Shown here: one piece after another, positions 38,050-50,170 of the stretch
Layout of the letters: each line of letters starts with the position of its first letter
Numbering within the stretch: position 1 is the stretch's first letter
DNA from: Callorhinchus milii
Lineage: Eukaryota
Direction of reading: 5' to 3'
DNA length: 64,000 bases
NCBI RefSeq assembly: GCF_018977255.1
Contig: NW_024704742.1
Span: forward strand, 32,304,001-32,368,000
The notes under the pieces: generated by a model
Told to the model about the DNA's origin: nothing
The model's input: the letters and a program-made list of their open reading frames with translations, nothing else
Database searches by the model: none
Position numbers and translations under genes: made by a program

Positions 38050-38370
38050 GGGTATTGACTGTATATTTGTAGGTGAACCTGGGAGCCAATATGCTCACAG
38101 CAATGTCCCACAAGCAGCACAAAGGAATGACCAATTTTATTTAGGATTTTTTTGGCTTGGACATTTCTCTCTGCAAGTAATGTCACGGGATCTTTAACAT
38201 CCACCTGACTATGCAGACAGGACCTCGATTTAATATCTTATCTAAAGGACGGCACCTCCAGCATTGCAACACACTCCCAGCTCTTTACTGAGTGTCAGCC
38301 GAGACTATGTGAATTCAAAGATCCCACAGTCCTCTGTCTCAGTAGCGAAAGTGCTAGCAACCTGACACTT
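38050..38370 (-). mobile_element. Deu-domain SINE
   Basis: GGGATCTTTAACATCCACCTGA...GGACCTCGATTTAAT on +. Confidence 0.8.
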
Positions 38371-39585
38371 TGATGGATTGCAACCTCCCAAAAATTAGCA
38401 GTATATGGCAAAATGAAAGGAAAATGGTACTGTGGTCAGTAGGGATTTGAATATTATTTTGTACCTATCAAGATGAAGAATTTTTATGAGTTAAAATGAA
38501 AATGCAAGACTGGGCTTTGGCATTTGCTGTCCTGGAGGCAGGCTACATATCAATCGAGATAGTAGTCACTACTATTGTGCATGAGGCTCCAGAACCATAT
38601 GACTTTGATCAGTAACCAAGGCATTCCAACTTTCAATCTGACAAAAGTAGAAGATGTCACAAAAATATAAAAAAAACTGTCAACTTCGAGCTGCTCAACT
38701 GAACCAGGGTAAACTATCAGCTTGATCTGACAAGAATATTTTTGTCAATCTTACTGCAGCAATCATTCTGCTTGCTTTTGGTATATAAGTACAGGATTTT
38801 TCAATTGCTAACTGATAGGAGGGAAAAAACTTGCATTTTATAGTGCTTTATAATTCTGAAATGTCCCAAAGTGTTTTACAGTAATTATTGTTCAGTGTAA
38901 GTTTTGTAAGCAAACCTGGCTGCCATTTTGCACACAGCAATGTCCCACAAACAACAATGAAGTGAATGACCAATTGCTGGACAGAAAATTACCTTCACTT
39001 AATTCAGTAGTGTCATTGGATCTTCAATACTCAGTGGAAGAATTAACAGACAGGTAGGTTTAAGTACAGCCATTCAGTAGTCCACAAAGTGAACAAACGC
39101 TTACATTTTAGATGCAAAGTTCCTCATTAACCAAGAAGCAAACCAACAATGAATATGTTGATCACTGAGTTCCACCAAACTGTGGCCCTTATATTTTAAT
39201 AAGTTTCCAAGTAGACTCGGGCTTTTCAAGTTGGTGACAGTGTGTGAAAGATGCTGCGGGTTTCTTGAGTAAACAACCAACAGATGATTCAATTCTGTCT
39301 CCAACCCCCTGTGGTAGCCTGATCCAGTTGGTTAAAAGGTATTTTCCAATGGTACCTTCAAAGAGAGTATTCTGAGATCAAAGGTCTGGATCACTATTAA
39401 GTGAATACTGGAGAGTGTTCTTTGGTTATTTGTAAAGCTTTGAAATAAAAAAAGACAGGACAACTATTAATCCTTGTGTGAGGCACACTGCAATCATCTC
39501 CATTATTATGTGGCACTATAAGTCTGGACTCTGTAAGTTTTCTATGTCTCCCAAAAATTGCATTAGTTTTGTCTGAATGTGTGTG

Positions 39586-39850
39586 TGTTAGTTTGGCTTA
39601 GTTGGCAGCACTCACACCACTGAGTCAGAAGGTTTGGGTTCAACTCCACATCGGGACTTTGAATTTACAGTCTAGGTTGACACTCCAATAAAGATTATGT
39701 TGTTGTTGTTGCTCAATTGTTCGGAATGCTGTCCTTTGGGTGAGAGATTAAAGCCGAGGTCCCGTTTGCTTGTTCAGGTGAATCCTGTGAAGCACTTTGA
39801 GATGTCCTTCCGACATGAAAAGCAGTAACTATATCAAGGATTATTATTGC
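39586..39850 (+). mobile_element. Deu-domain SINE, internally deleted
   Basis: TTTGGCTTAGTTGGCAGCACTC...TGAGTCAGAAGG head joined to CCTGTGAAGCACTTTGAG tail. Confidence 0.78.
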
Positions 39851-42525
39851 TACTAGGTTTATAAGAACCAGCTGCTAAATTAAGACTCAATTTAGAATTT
39901 TCTACAATTCTGCGTAATCTTAAATTTTAAGATAAAATAGCTCCGCAGGCTTAGAGTCACTGGAATTTCATGTCTCACAAACTCAGCCTTTGGAAAACTC
40001 ATGTGCTAGCACTCAGAAGTACAACTACATAGACTATTATGCTACCTTCGATGCTTGTGAACAAATAGCTAATGTATAACCATACATTTGAGCACAGAAA
40101 AATAACAACACATTTGATATAACCCTCAGCTCTGGTCCATAACTCTGTCTGTCCAGCACCTTGGGACGTCCTCCCGACGTGAAAGGTGAGCTATACAAAT
40201 GTAATTTTGTTGTTGTTTCTCCTCTCTGGGACACAGCAATGTGTGAGGGGCGCTATATAAATGCAAGTAGTTGTTGTTTCTCATCGGGAAGAAGTACTTT
40301 ACCGTAAATCTTGTGGAGCGCCTCAAAGTCAAGTGTAGTGACTTGGGTTTTGTAGGCAAAATTAACTCCAGTAACATTCAGCTGTAATTCCCTGGAGGTT
40401 ATTCAGTAAGCCAATGACCACACTTAATGACCTCAGCAGGTTCTTTGAAGATTATATTTGCTGATGTGTTGGAAAAAATCAATATTAAAAGACAGGGGGC
40501 CTGAGATCTGCCTCACACGAGCAGAGCTGGGCAATATCTATATTATGAATTCTGTCTGTTCAGGCAGTGGAAGCTATTTAACATCTTCAAGCCATGCGAG
40601 ACCACAAGTTCTTTAAATCTTGTGGCCATTTGTAATCCTTGTACTCAAAAAAAAAAAGGAATCTCACAAATACACAGGGAGATATCACATATATTAAGTC
40701 CTTAATCATAAAATATTATGTTTTAGTAATTTGCCCTTGAAAACCTTGAGTCATTTTGTAGTATTAATATTTAAAATTGTATCTTGACCTGGAAACAATG
40801 TCTTAATTTTTAATAAATAGCGTATGTGTGGAAAACAGCCAGTCCATAGAGAGAAAGGGGAGAGAGAGAGAGCAGCTATGTATTCAATGATTGCAGCTTG
40901 TGCAGGTACTCCAATCTGCTGATTCTGCAGCATAGACACTTACAGCGCAGAAGAAAACCATTTGGTGATCAAGTCTGCACTGGCTTTCAGAGCAAGGTGT
41001 TCATTCAATCCTACTACCTGCCTTGTCCCAATGCTCCTTCAAGCCTCTATCCTTCATACACACGTCTGATTCCCACATTTGTAATCAAGGCTTTATACCC
41101 CCAAAACTGTTCACTCATGTTGGTCATGATGTTGGTCATTTAGCAAGTTAGCTTTGAGTGCTTGTTTTAGATGTGGACAGTTGCTCATCATTGCACTTGG
41201 AATTTAGAAATGTATACTTTTAATAACTTTACTCAGTGTCAGCCTGGCATCCTTCAGATCTTCCCAAGACTTTTTCAAAGAGAGAAGGGAGTTTTTCCCC
41301 AGCCAACGATACTCTAAATATATTAATCATTCTTCATGACTGCTTGTGGGACCTTACATTATTCAAATTGGCTGCCTCACTTGCCTACGAATACATAGTC
41401 ACTGCACTTGGCAGCAATTAATTTCTGAAATGCTTTGAACCATTTCAGCATCATAGGTGCGGTATCCAATGCAAGAATTATTTGTGAAGAGATCCCCTCA
41501 AGATAATGTTACAATAGGAGATGTGAAGCATGTGAACCGGGATCAAAACAAAGGATACCATAGAGTTTCATAGTGCTCCAAGGTGGTGTATTTTAGAATG
41601 GAGTTCCAGCCAGCTGGCTTCACACATTTCTGGTTATTGATAGGTTCCCACTGGGTTTCTTTAATAATGAATATTATTAAAATTGCTGCAAGTTAGGCCA
41701 CATTTTCCATTCTTCCTTGTTCTGGTGTCATTGTGTTGTGCAGTAGCTCCAGATGAGAAGAATTTGAAACCCCATACTTGACCTAGAGCGTGCCAGCGTG
41801 TATGAAAGGTATCGCTCCAGAAACAATTCCCTTTCTCATTTTCCCTTCAAGCTTCAGGGACATGTCTGGCCTTTTTTCATTTCCTCCTACACAGTGAAGC
41901 TGAGAATAGCAGCTCATCAGATTCTGGGTTTGAGCCTGTGTCCTTCTTTTCTGCACCAGGAGCTCTGCTTGCCTGCTGTTAAATCTTGAAACTGCTATTG
42001 TTATATGCAAAATGATAAAAGGCCAGTCGAGCCATCAAGACTGTTCCACAGACCATGTAAAATGCAGCCAATGACCCAATTATCTCTTGGGCAAAGTCAG
42101 TGAAATAAATGTTCCAGATTATTAATCCATTTCCACATCTCCACGGTTCACCCTTACCTTCTTTTCCCAAAGCCAGTTCAAAGCTTCCTTCACACACCAT
42201 TGGAGTTGCTAGCTGTGTCATTCAGCATTGGACCGCTGCTTCACGAGATAACAGCTTAACTAGCGTTAAATCAGTGTCTGTGAAGCTAATCCATGAAGTG
42301 GCACTAAATGAGGTGTTCTGCAGCCAGCAACCCCCCTATTGGCAGCTGCAGAAGGGTTTCAAAATTAAAAATTTTAAGATCTCACAAGACAGCATGACAT
42401 ACATGAGGTTTCTTATAAAAGATATATTTGATATCCTGAGATACTTCATCTGGCTTTATTTTTGGTCAGTCGGGTGATTTCACCGTGCGTTCAGAGTAGT
42501 CAAATCAAACACACCTTAAACTGAG

Positions 42526-42624
42526 TTCTGACCTTCTGACGAAAGGTTATTGACCTGAAATGTTAACTCATTTTCCTCTCTCCATAGATGCTGTTGCTTG
42601 TTCCCAGTGACTTCTGTTTTTAAT
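42526..42624 (+). mobile_element. ~99-bp insertion with minimal type I hammerhead ribozyme motif, copy 2
   Basis: GAGTT...CTGACGA-A-AGGTT(ATT)GACCT-GAAA-TGTT-AACTC then TCTCCATAGATGCTG...CTGTTTTT; perfect 16-bp direct repeat CACACCTTAAACTGAG at 42510-42525 and 42625-42640. Confidence 0.8.
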
Positions 42625-43159
42625 CACACCTTAAACTGAGATGTGGAGCTGCTACGAGGACAATGATTAGAGAAAGTACACATTGCAAATCACACAATCT
42701 GTGAAATGTTAGCAATAATGATGTAAGTAAAAAGGGAGAGGAGACAGCAAATGTGACAATGACAGCGAGAGGTGCTAATTATTCCATTAATTAATGGAAT
42801 AGAAAGAGATTAGGTTAAAGTCTGAGGAAAAGTAGTAACGCAAGTTGTCAGGTGAATACAGTGAATGAAAGTAGTGAGAATGTGGATCATTAAACCAATG
42901 GTGAACTGGCTGTCAAGGTGCAAATGAGTCAACTGTTCATGTGATTGGTATTTTATTAAGTCCTCATGGAGAAAACTAGTTGATTGTGAACCTGGCAGCA
43001 GTAGGAAATGAAATAAAATATTGGATGTGTAATGAAGAAAATATTGTGTGGGGAAAGGGTGGGGGTGGTGGTGAGCGCTTTCATCCAGTAGGTCGTTGTT
43101 ATTACTGGTATCTAGCAATTACATACTCCTTTCCAGACAAAGGAAGTTTAATAATAATT

Positions 43160-43420
43160 GCAGTTGCATTTTGATCCTCAGTGGTCCTTCCTATCCCACA
43201 TCTGGTCCCTGACCAGGACCGCTTTCCTTCACCTCAGTCACATTGCCCACCTTCGACCGTATCTCACACCCAAAGCAACTGAAATCCTCATCCATGCTTT
43301 GGTCAGCGCCTTGGGACGTCCTCCCGACGTGAAAGGCACGGGACAAATGTAATCTTGTTGTTGTTTGGTCATCTTCCACCTCGATTATTCCAATGTCCTC
43401 CTCACTGGTCTTCCCAGCTC
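43160..43420 (+). mobile_element. L2 ORF2 fragment with a ~60-bp L2-B tail inserted (43303-43365)
   Basis: FDPQWSFLSHI...KATEILIHALV; L2 resumes TTTGGTCATCTTCCACCTCGATTATTCCAAT after the insert. Confidence 0.82.
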
Positions 43421-45288
43421 TACTAGCCACAAGTAGCACAACAAATAGTGCAAATTAGCGCTCAATAACAATCCCTGCAATTTTCCCTGTCAGTCTTGAA
43501 TAATCTTTCTTGATTAACCGTACTAATCATTGCATTTGATATTGTACCTTATCATGTTTTCAAGGCATCTCAAAGAGCTTTACTGTGAAGTGTGGTGACT
43601 GTATTTATAGGTGAAAACGACAGCAAATTTCTGCACAATAATGTCCCACAAACAGCAATGAAGTGAGTGACTGATTTTGTTTGGGAGATTATTGGCCAGG
43701 ACACCCATAGCATTGCATTGCAGTCTGCCCTGATTTTTCTCCGTTTTATCAGCTTGACTATTTATGTTGGTTTCTTGGACTAATTGAAGGACCCTTTCAT
43801 TTATCATTTCCATTTGTCCAACTAAATTTGGACATTATTAAACATCCTCTACCCATGAAACCAGAATTGGGTTAGTCTCCAAGGCTGTTGTTAGCAGTAG
43901 ATAGCTAAAATTGCTTCAGGACTGGATGGGTAGGCAGACCACTTAGAATACATTAGAACTGTTACAATTTTGTACACTACTGAAAATGGAAAAAATATAT
44001 TTATTAAGGGATGGCATTTCCATCAGGAGAGCTGGTGATAAATCTGCTCCCACTTACTCTGGTCCCACTTGTCATTAGCATTGATATCAGGCTGATAACA
44101 TGGAAGAAGCTGTCTTCTTTGTTATAACTTCTCAGCATTTTAATCCAATTGCAAAGGAGACCTATATGATCACTCATGCCTGCAACTTTCTCTGCTTATC
44201 AGCTTTGAAGGAATGTATATTAGTTCCCTGCCTCCAGCGTTGTCACTGCAATCACAGCATTGTGGTTGAGAAAAGAAGATTGAATAACCTCAAAGTATTC
44301 CAGTGAGGAAAGAGAGGGTAAATCTATATTCAAATACTGGGGTCTACAGCATTACAGATTTTGGACCATGTTAATTCCAATATCTATGGGAATTATTGCT
44401 AAAGACCTAAAGAACAAATTATTGACAAGGATCAGGGAGTTTATTGAGCGAATCCAAATGCTGAATGCAGAATCTAAAATATAAATGAGGTATGAAAGGT
44501 CTGTGGCATGACAAAATACGCATGCTACATTGTTCAGCATTTGCCTACAAAAGCGAAAGTCACTGCACTTTACAGTAGACTTTGTAAAGTACTTTGAGAA
44601 GTTTCCGATGACATGATAAGATTCTGTATCAAAAGCAAACATTATTATTATTATTGCAAAACATAAGATTATTACAAGTTTATAAGAAAGTCAATTACAG
44701 TTTGTGTTCAGTTAATACATGTCTAAAGAATATTGCTCTTAAATAAGCATACATGCGATCAGATGACCATTGGTTTATGGTCCATGATTCTTCCAAATAG
44801 TATTACGCAATTGCCCAGCACAGTTCCCTGTCTTTATTGCTTTGCTCTCTGTCTCTGTGCCTGCTGGGAGTTCATCCTGCTCAAATTACTTTTCAGGATA
44901 AATGTTACAGACATGCATGGCCAGAGAGATCAGCACCTCTCTCATCTTAAGCCTCTTGGAAGTTTGCAAAGTCATAACCCTCACGCAGCACGGTTACAAA
45001 CTAAAAGATCGGCTTCTGATGAAATTTAGATTCTGATATCACTGTAGCATGAGGTCCTTGTGGGATCATCCCACCAGTGAGGAAATTCAGAATAAAGGAT
45101 AACCATTCTTTAACTCTAACTTTGGCCTCAGTGAGAGATCTATATTTTCAAAATTTGACAAAAGACCAATGTATAATAACATACAGTACTTATAAATAAT
45201 CATTTATTATGTTTGTCCACTTTTGTAAATACTTTTGTTTTCCTGAAGATATCAACTTCCTCCTTGACAATTTTTTGCTGTTAATAGA

Positions 45289-46110
45289 ATCATAGAAATT
45301 TACAACACAGAAGCAGACATTGGGCCCATCAACTCTACACCTGCTCTTAGAGCAAGGTATTCATTCAATCCCACTGCCCTGCTTTATCCCTATACCTCTT
45401 CAAACCTCTGTCTAATTCCCTTTTGAAGCTCAGAATGAACTTCCCCCTACCACCTTACTTTGCAGGGCATTCCAAATACACAACTCTCTCAGTGAAAATA
45501 TTTCATCAAAGTTCTTCTTGTATAGATTATTATATCGTATAAGTATAACTATAGCATCTAGTCACTGACCCACCCCCTCCCTAATGGAAGTAGCTTGTCC
45601 ATATTTACCTTGTCAAAATCCATCAATATTTTGTATACCTATATCAGGTCCCAACTCAAACTTCTCAGCTCCAATGAAAATATACCCAATGCCTCCAATC
45701 TCTCCTCCTAACTAAAGTCCCTCTCCCTTGTATTGTACCTGCAAATCTTCGTTGCACTCCCTCTATGGCCTTAACATCTTTCCTGAACTGAGGAGCTCAA
45801 AACTGAATGTAGTATTCCCACTGCAGCCTAACCAATGATTGTACAAAATTAGCATAATTGCTTTAATTTTGTACCGGATGTCCCTATGGATAAAATCTAG
45901 AATACTATTAGTCTTTTCACCCCTGTTCTCACTTGCACTGCCACATTCAAGGACTCATGTACCTGCACCCCAAAGTTACTTTGCTCCTCTGCTCCTTGCA
46001 AGATACTGCCATTCAATATATACGCCTTAGCATTGTTTTTTCTACTAAAATTAATCATCTCACATTTCTCTTCATTAAACTTAATCTGCCACTGATCTGC
46101 CCATTGCGCT
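45289..46110 (-). mobile_element. CR1 LINE 3' fragment
   Basis: ATAGAATCATAGAA terminal repeat on +; TATCAGGTCCC, AAACTGAATGTAGTATTCC and ATTAAACTTAATCTGCCACTGATCTGCCCA are reverse complements of CR1 ORF2 motifs. Confidence 0.87.
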
Positions 46111-46470
46111 AATCTATTTATAATTCTAATACATATTCTAAGTTCTACTTATTGGAAAAAATATTTGTGGTTATGTTTGTAACTGCTGCTTTATCTCTTC
46201 CCAGATGTTCTCTTGGCTTCTCTAATCTCACCGTTTTTTTTAACCTGCTTCTCTAATTAGTTCCATGGTCTTGTACTCAGTCATTTGTCATTTCATATTC
46301 AGCTACAAAATGCTGTATTTAGATATATACTTACCCTGCATTAGCCATATAAGGTTTTGATGCAATTCTATTTATCTTTCACAGACTAATCACTGAGTAC
46401 TGCTCCCCCCTCCAGTCTGCAACACTAAGATCAGTTCTTTACCCATGAAATGTTCCCTTCTGAAGTTTCA

Positions 46471-47225
46471 ATCCTTGCATTTGATACATCTTTCACATCA
46501 GGAGAGTGTGTCAAAACGCTTCACAAGATTTACTGTAAAGTGTAATGAGTGTGCGTTTTGTAAACAAATGGAGTAGCCAAGTTGCACACAGCAATATCCC
46601 ACAAACAGCCATGCAGTGAGTGATAATAATAATAATAATAATAATAATCCTTGCATTTGATATAGCGCTTTTCACGTCGGGAGGACGTCCCAAAGCGCTT
46701 CACAGAACACACTGTAAAGTGAATTGACTGTATATTTGTGGGCGAACGCGGCAGCCAATTGCGCACAGCAATGTCCCACAAACAGTCGTAGATTGAATAT
46801 GACCAATTTATTATTGTTTTTGGTTTTGGAGGGATTATTATTAGGCGTGTGGAGTAAGGAAACTTGCCCAAGGTTTCGCCCTCTGCCTGGAATTGAACTC
46901 AGGTCTCTCGCTTGCAAAGCGAGTGCTCTAACCACTGAGCTACAGGATCAATTCTAATTGGGAGATTGTTGGCCAGGATACCATGAGAAACTCCCTTCTT
47001 TTTTCAAAAGTGCCGTGCAATCTTTAACGTCCGTCTGAACAGGTATAGGGGATCTTGGTTTAACATCTCATCTGAAGGCCATCACCTCTAATAATGCAGT
47101 ACATCTGCAGCAATGCATTGAGGAGTCAGCCTGGACTATGAGCTCAAAGTCTAAATATGGAGCTTGAACTCACAATCTTCTGACTCCGAGGGCAGAGTGC
47201 TACCCACTGAGACAAACTGACACCG
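46471..47225 (-). mobile_element. Old Deu-domain SINE split by a young SINE insertion
   Basis: 3' part 46471-46622; 5' part 46948-47225 with tRNA-like head. Confidence 0.87.
46623..46947 (-). mobile_element. Young tRNA-Ala-headed SINE (short variant), best-preserved copy
   Basis: CpGs intact; tail stem-loop AGCGCTTT-GGG-ACGTC-CTCCC-GACGT-GA-AAAGCGCT at 46664-46699; (TTA)n tail. Confidence 0.95.
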
Positions 47226-49499
47226 AAAATTGTGTGCCAATCTCCTACTTGTATTCCAACTGTTTAAATATCCTGTGCTTGGTTGCTTATTGAATTAATG
47301 CAAAAAATGTTTTTTCTGTTTTACTAAGTAAACAAAATGTAAGTGATTTGCAATCTTTAGATTGCACCTGAAGACTTTCCTTTTCGACCACACCTACGTT
47401 CACCTCTCCCTTTCTTGCTGGCTTGGCATCAAGCTCTGCCACTGTTAAATGCTCCAAGATGCTACTTCACATAAGGGCGATATATAAATACGTTGTTGTT
47501 TTTCTGCTATCTGGCACTTTTTACCTTGATCATTTCTAAATTGATTTCATGATGAATAATATTGCATTTCCCTTCATTCTGAATATTTGCTCCTCAGACG
47601 ATTTCTGGATATTGTTCTGTTAAAGCTACTACTATCAACAAATCATGATTTCATCCATTAGAATGAGCTTCTTTTCTGGCAACAAAATAAATTCATAACA
47701 ATAACTGTAGATTGCCTTTGCCAGACCAGTTAGAGACGTCTCCTTTGTGCTACCAAGAGATGTTTCCTTTCCCATCGCATAGAAATGATGAGCTCTTCGA
47801 TAACCAAGCTTTACTCAAAGCCTTATTTGATTAGCACGCCCTAAACAATAATACTGGGCTCCTTGGAACAGCAGATTGATGGGAATTGATCTAAAATATT
47901 TAATTCCTTTTCCTGGAACTCTGCTTGTGAAAATCAATTAAAAGCATGCATTTCTCTCTCAATACCATCTTCATCCACACTTAGAATTTTTTGCCGAGCA
48001 TTTTTTCATAAGACAAACATATAAATAGCATATCCAGTAGAAGTTAAAGAAAACACAGATACAAATGATATTGCAATTGATTCTGTGTAGTAATTCCCAT
48101 TGAGTCTGTTCCGATAGCTTTTTAGGTCAGGCTAGATCTTTTAATCCCATTATTCATCTTTTCACTATGCCCCTTAATATCTTTAGCATGGCATCAAGCT
48201 ACCTCTTTGTTAAACAGAGTTTCTTTCCACTGCTACCTTTCAGTACAAGATGGATTTCCAAACCACGAGATACGTAAACTAAGTAAGCATGTCTTGTGTG
48301 GGCCATTGTTATGAGCTCAGGAGGAATCTTGGATTCACCGGTGTCCAAAATTGTGCTTTGTTTCGTCGTTTGTGATGTTTGTGTTCCATGAGGCTCAGGT
48401 TAATTGTTGACTCGTGTAAGGATTTGTGCCATGCTGGGTGTCACAGGAGTTATGTCCTTTCTAGGTTAACTCACTAACATGTTAACAATTATCTGGTTTC
48501 TTCTGTCAATGGAGCAGAAACGATTGCTGACATATGAGTTTGCCAAGTTTCAGGCTCTCCAAGGGGCCAATTAGCTATACACATATGAGTCAGATCATTT
48601 CCCCACAACAAGGACGTGTTTCAGAAATTGAAGTCACAAAAAACAGGCAACACAACGGCTTTGAATCCAGTCCAGACCCCAGTGGAATGAAAGTTTCCTC
48701 TCTCTGCCGGCTGTAAATGTTGTATGTAAAATAGATTTAGACAGCCGCATGGTCTCATGCCATTTCTCAACGTATGGAGGCCGACAGCGTAAAAGAAGGC
48801 ATCATTTGACATTTAATATAAGGTCACTGGATGGTTGGTTTGGGAATGGAAAGAAGATGGGGTAGAGGATGCTGACAATGCAAATGAAAGACAGACTGAG
48901 AGAGCGACACAAACAGACACAGACAGACACACAGACTGAGAGAAAGAGATAGAGACTCACAACAGTTCTTATCCCTAATGTAAACCAGCACAGTGTTTCC
49001 CGAATAGTGAACTAGATGACCTCTGTGTTCGATCCTTCTCTGTGAGTGCAAGTTCCCTGTTCTAAGGTGTAACTTCACTAATGAGAGTCAACACGACAAC
49101 AGGTTCTACCAGTGCTTCATAAGTATAGCAAAGGAAGCTTCTGTCAGAATCGTTTCTGCTCCATTAACAGATTGTGACGTAGGCTCAACCTATGTATGTA
49201 AATCCCTCCCTCCTGATTTAAACAGAAACTCTAGAAGAGAGAGAGACAGGCTAAGACAGAGAGAGAAATATAGACTGACAGAAAGACTGACTGAGAGAGA
49301 GAAAGCGAGAAGGTCTGGCACAGTGTGGTATGCCACTGATAGTGTAATTCTTGATGAAATTTTTTTTAGATAGCACTGCTTGATGTTCATTTATCCACAA
49401 TGTGTGTTCAGCTGTGAATTATGCAGATAACTGTGTAACTCTCCCGTGTATCAATAATTGTGTTTATTGACAGAGCAACTGCTATAGTGGTCTCTGACT

Positions 49500-50170
49500 T
49501 GTTTTCTTGAAGGTTTGATGTTCCAATACCATGATTAAAATCAGGGCAAGTGGAGTTGTGGGAGAGGTAGCAGAATGGATCACAGAATGGTTAGAAAACC
49601 GACAGCAAAGAGTAGGAGTTAAGTGCATCTTCTCAAGCTGGCAAGGCTGGTAGGCAGTGATATTCTGCAGCGTTAGGACCACTACTGTTCACCATATACA
49701 TAAATGATTTGGACTCGGATACAGGTGTGATGTCAAAATCTGCAGGATGACACTAACTGGCGGGGGAGGGGAGGGGGTAAATAGTGAACAGTATTGCAGA
49801 AGAATGCAGGATGATATAAACAGGCCAGCAGAATGGGCAAACAGTTGGTAAATTAAGTTTAATGTAGGTAAATGTGTATTACCAGAAAAAATAAATAGGC
49901 TATCTGTAGCCTAGATGGCAGGAGCCCAAGAGGAGTAGAAAAAAAAAGAGATCTGGGGATTCAGATCAACAAATCTCTAAAAAGTAGCAACACAAGTAGA
50001 TAAGGCCATAAAAAGGCAAATGCGGTCTTGGGCTTTACATCCTGATGGATAGAGTATACAGTGAGGAGATAATGTTGAATATGTTTCAAACCAGTACTAT
50101 GGAGTACCGTGTTCAATTTTAATCGCCACACTCTAAGAAGGATGTAGCAGTGATGGAAAGAGCTCAATAA
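49500..50170 (+). mobile_element. Decayed CR1 RT fragment
   Basis: TGGATCACAGAATGGTTAGAAAACCGACAGCAAAGAGTA (WI..WL..RQQRV); GGACCACTACTGTTCACCATATACATAAATGATTTG (GPLLFTIYINDL). Confidence 0.88.

Noticed and set aside
42109..42477. 122-aa ORF in unique DNA
   Set aside because: No recognisable domain or coding bias; more plausibly non-coding
46530..46871. Recurrent 'MGKFPYST...' small protein family (also 25877, 37250, 12750, 19077)
   Set aside because: Translation of the same non-coding SINE in several copies
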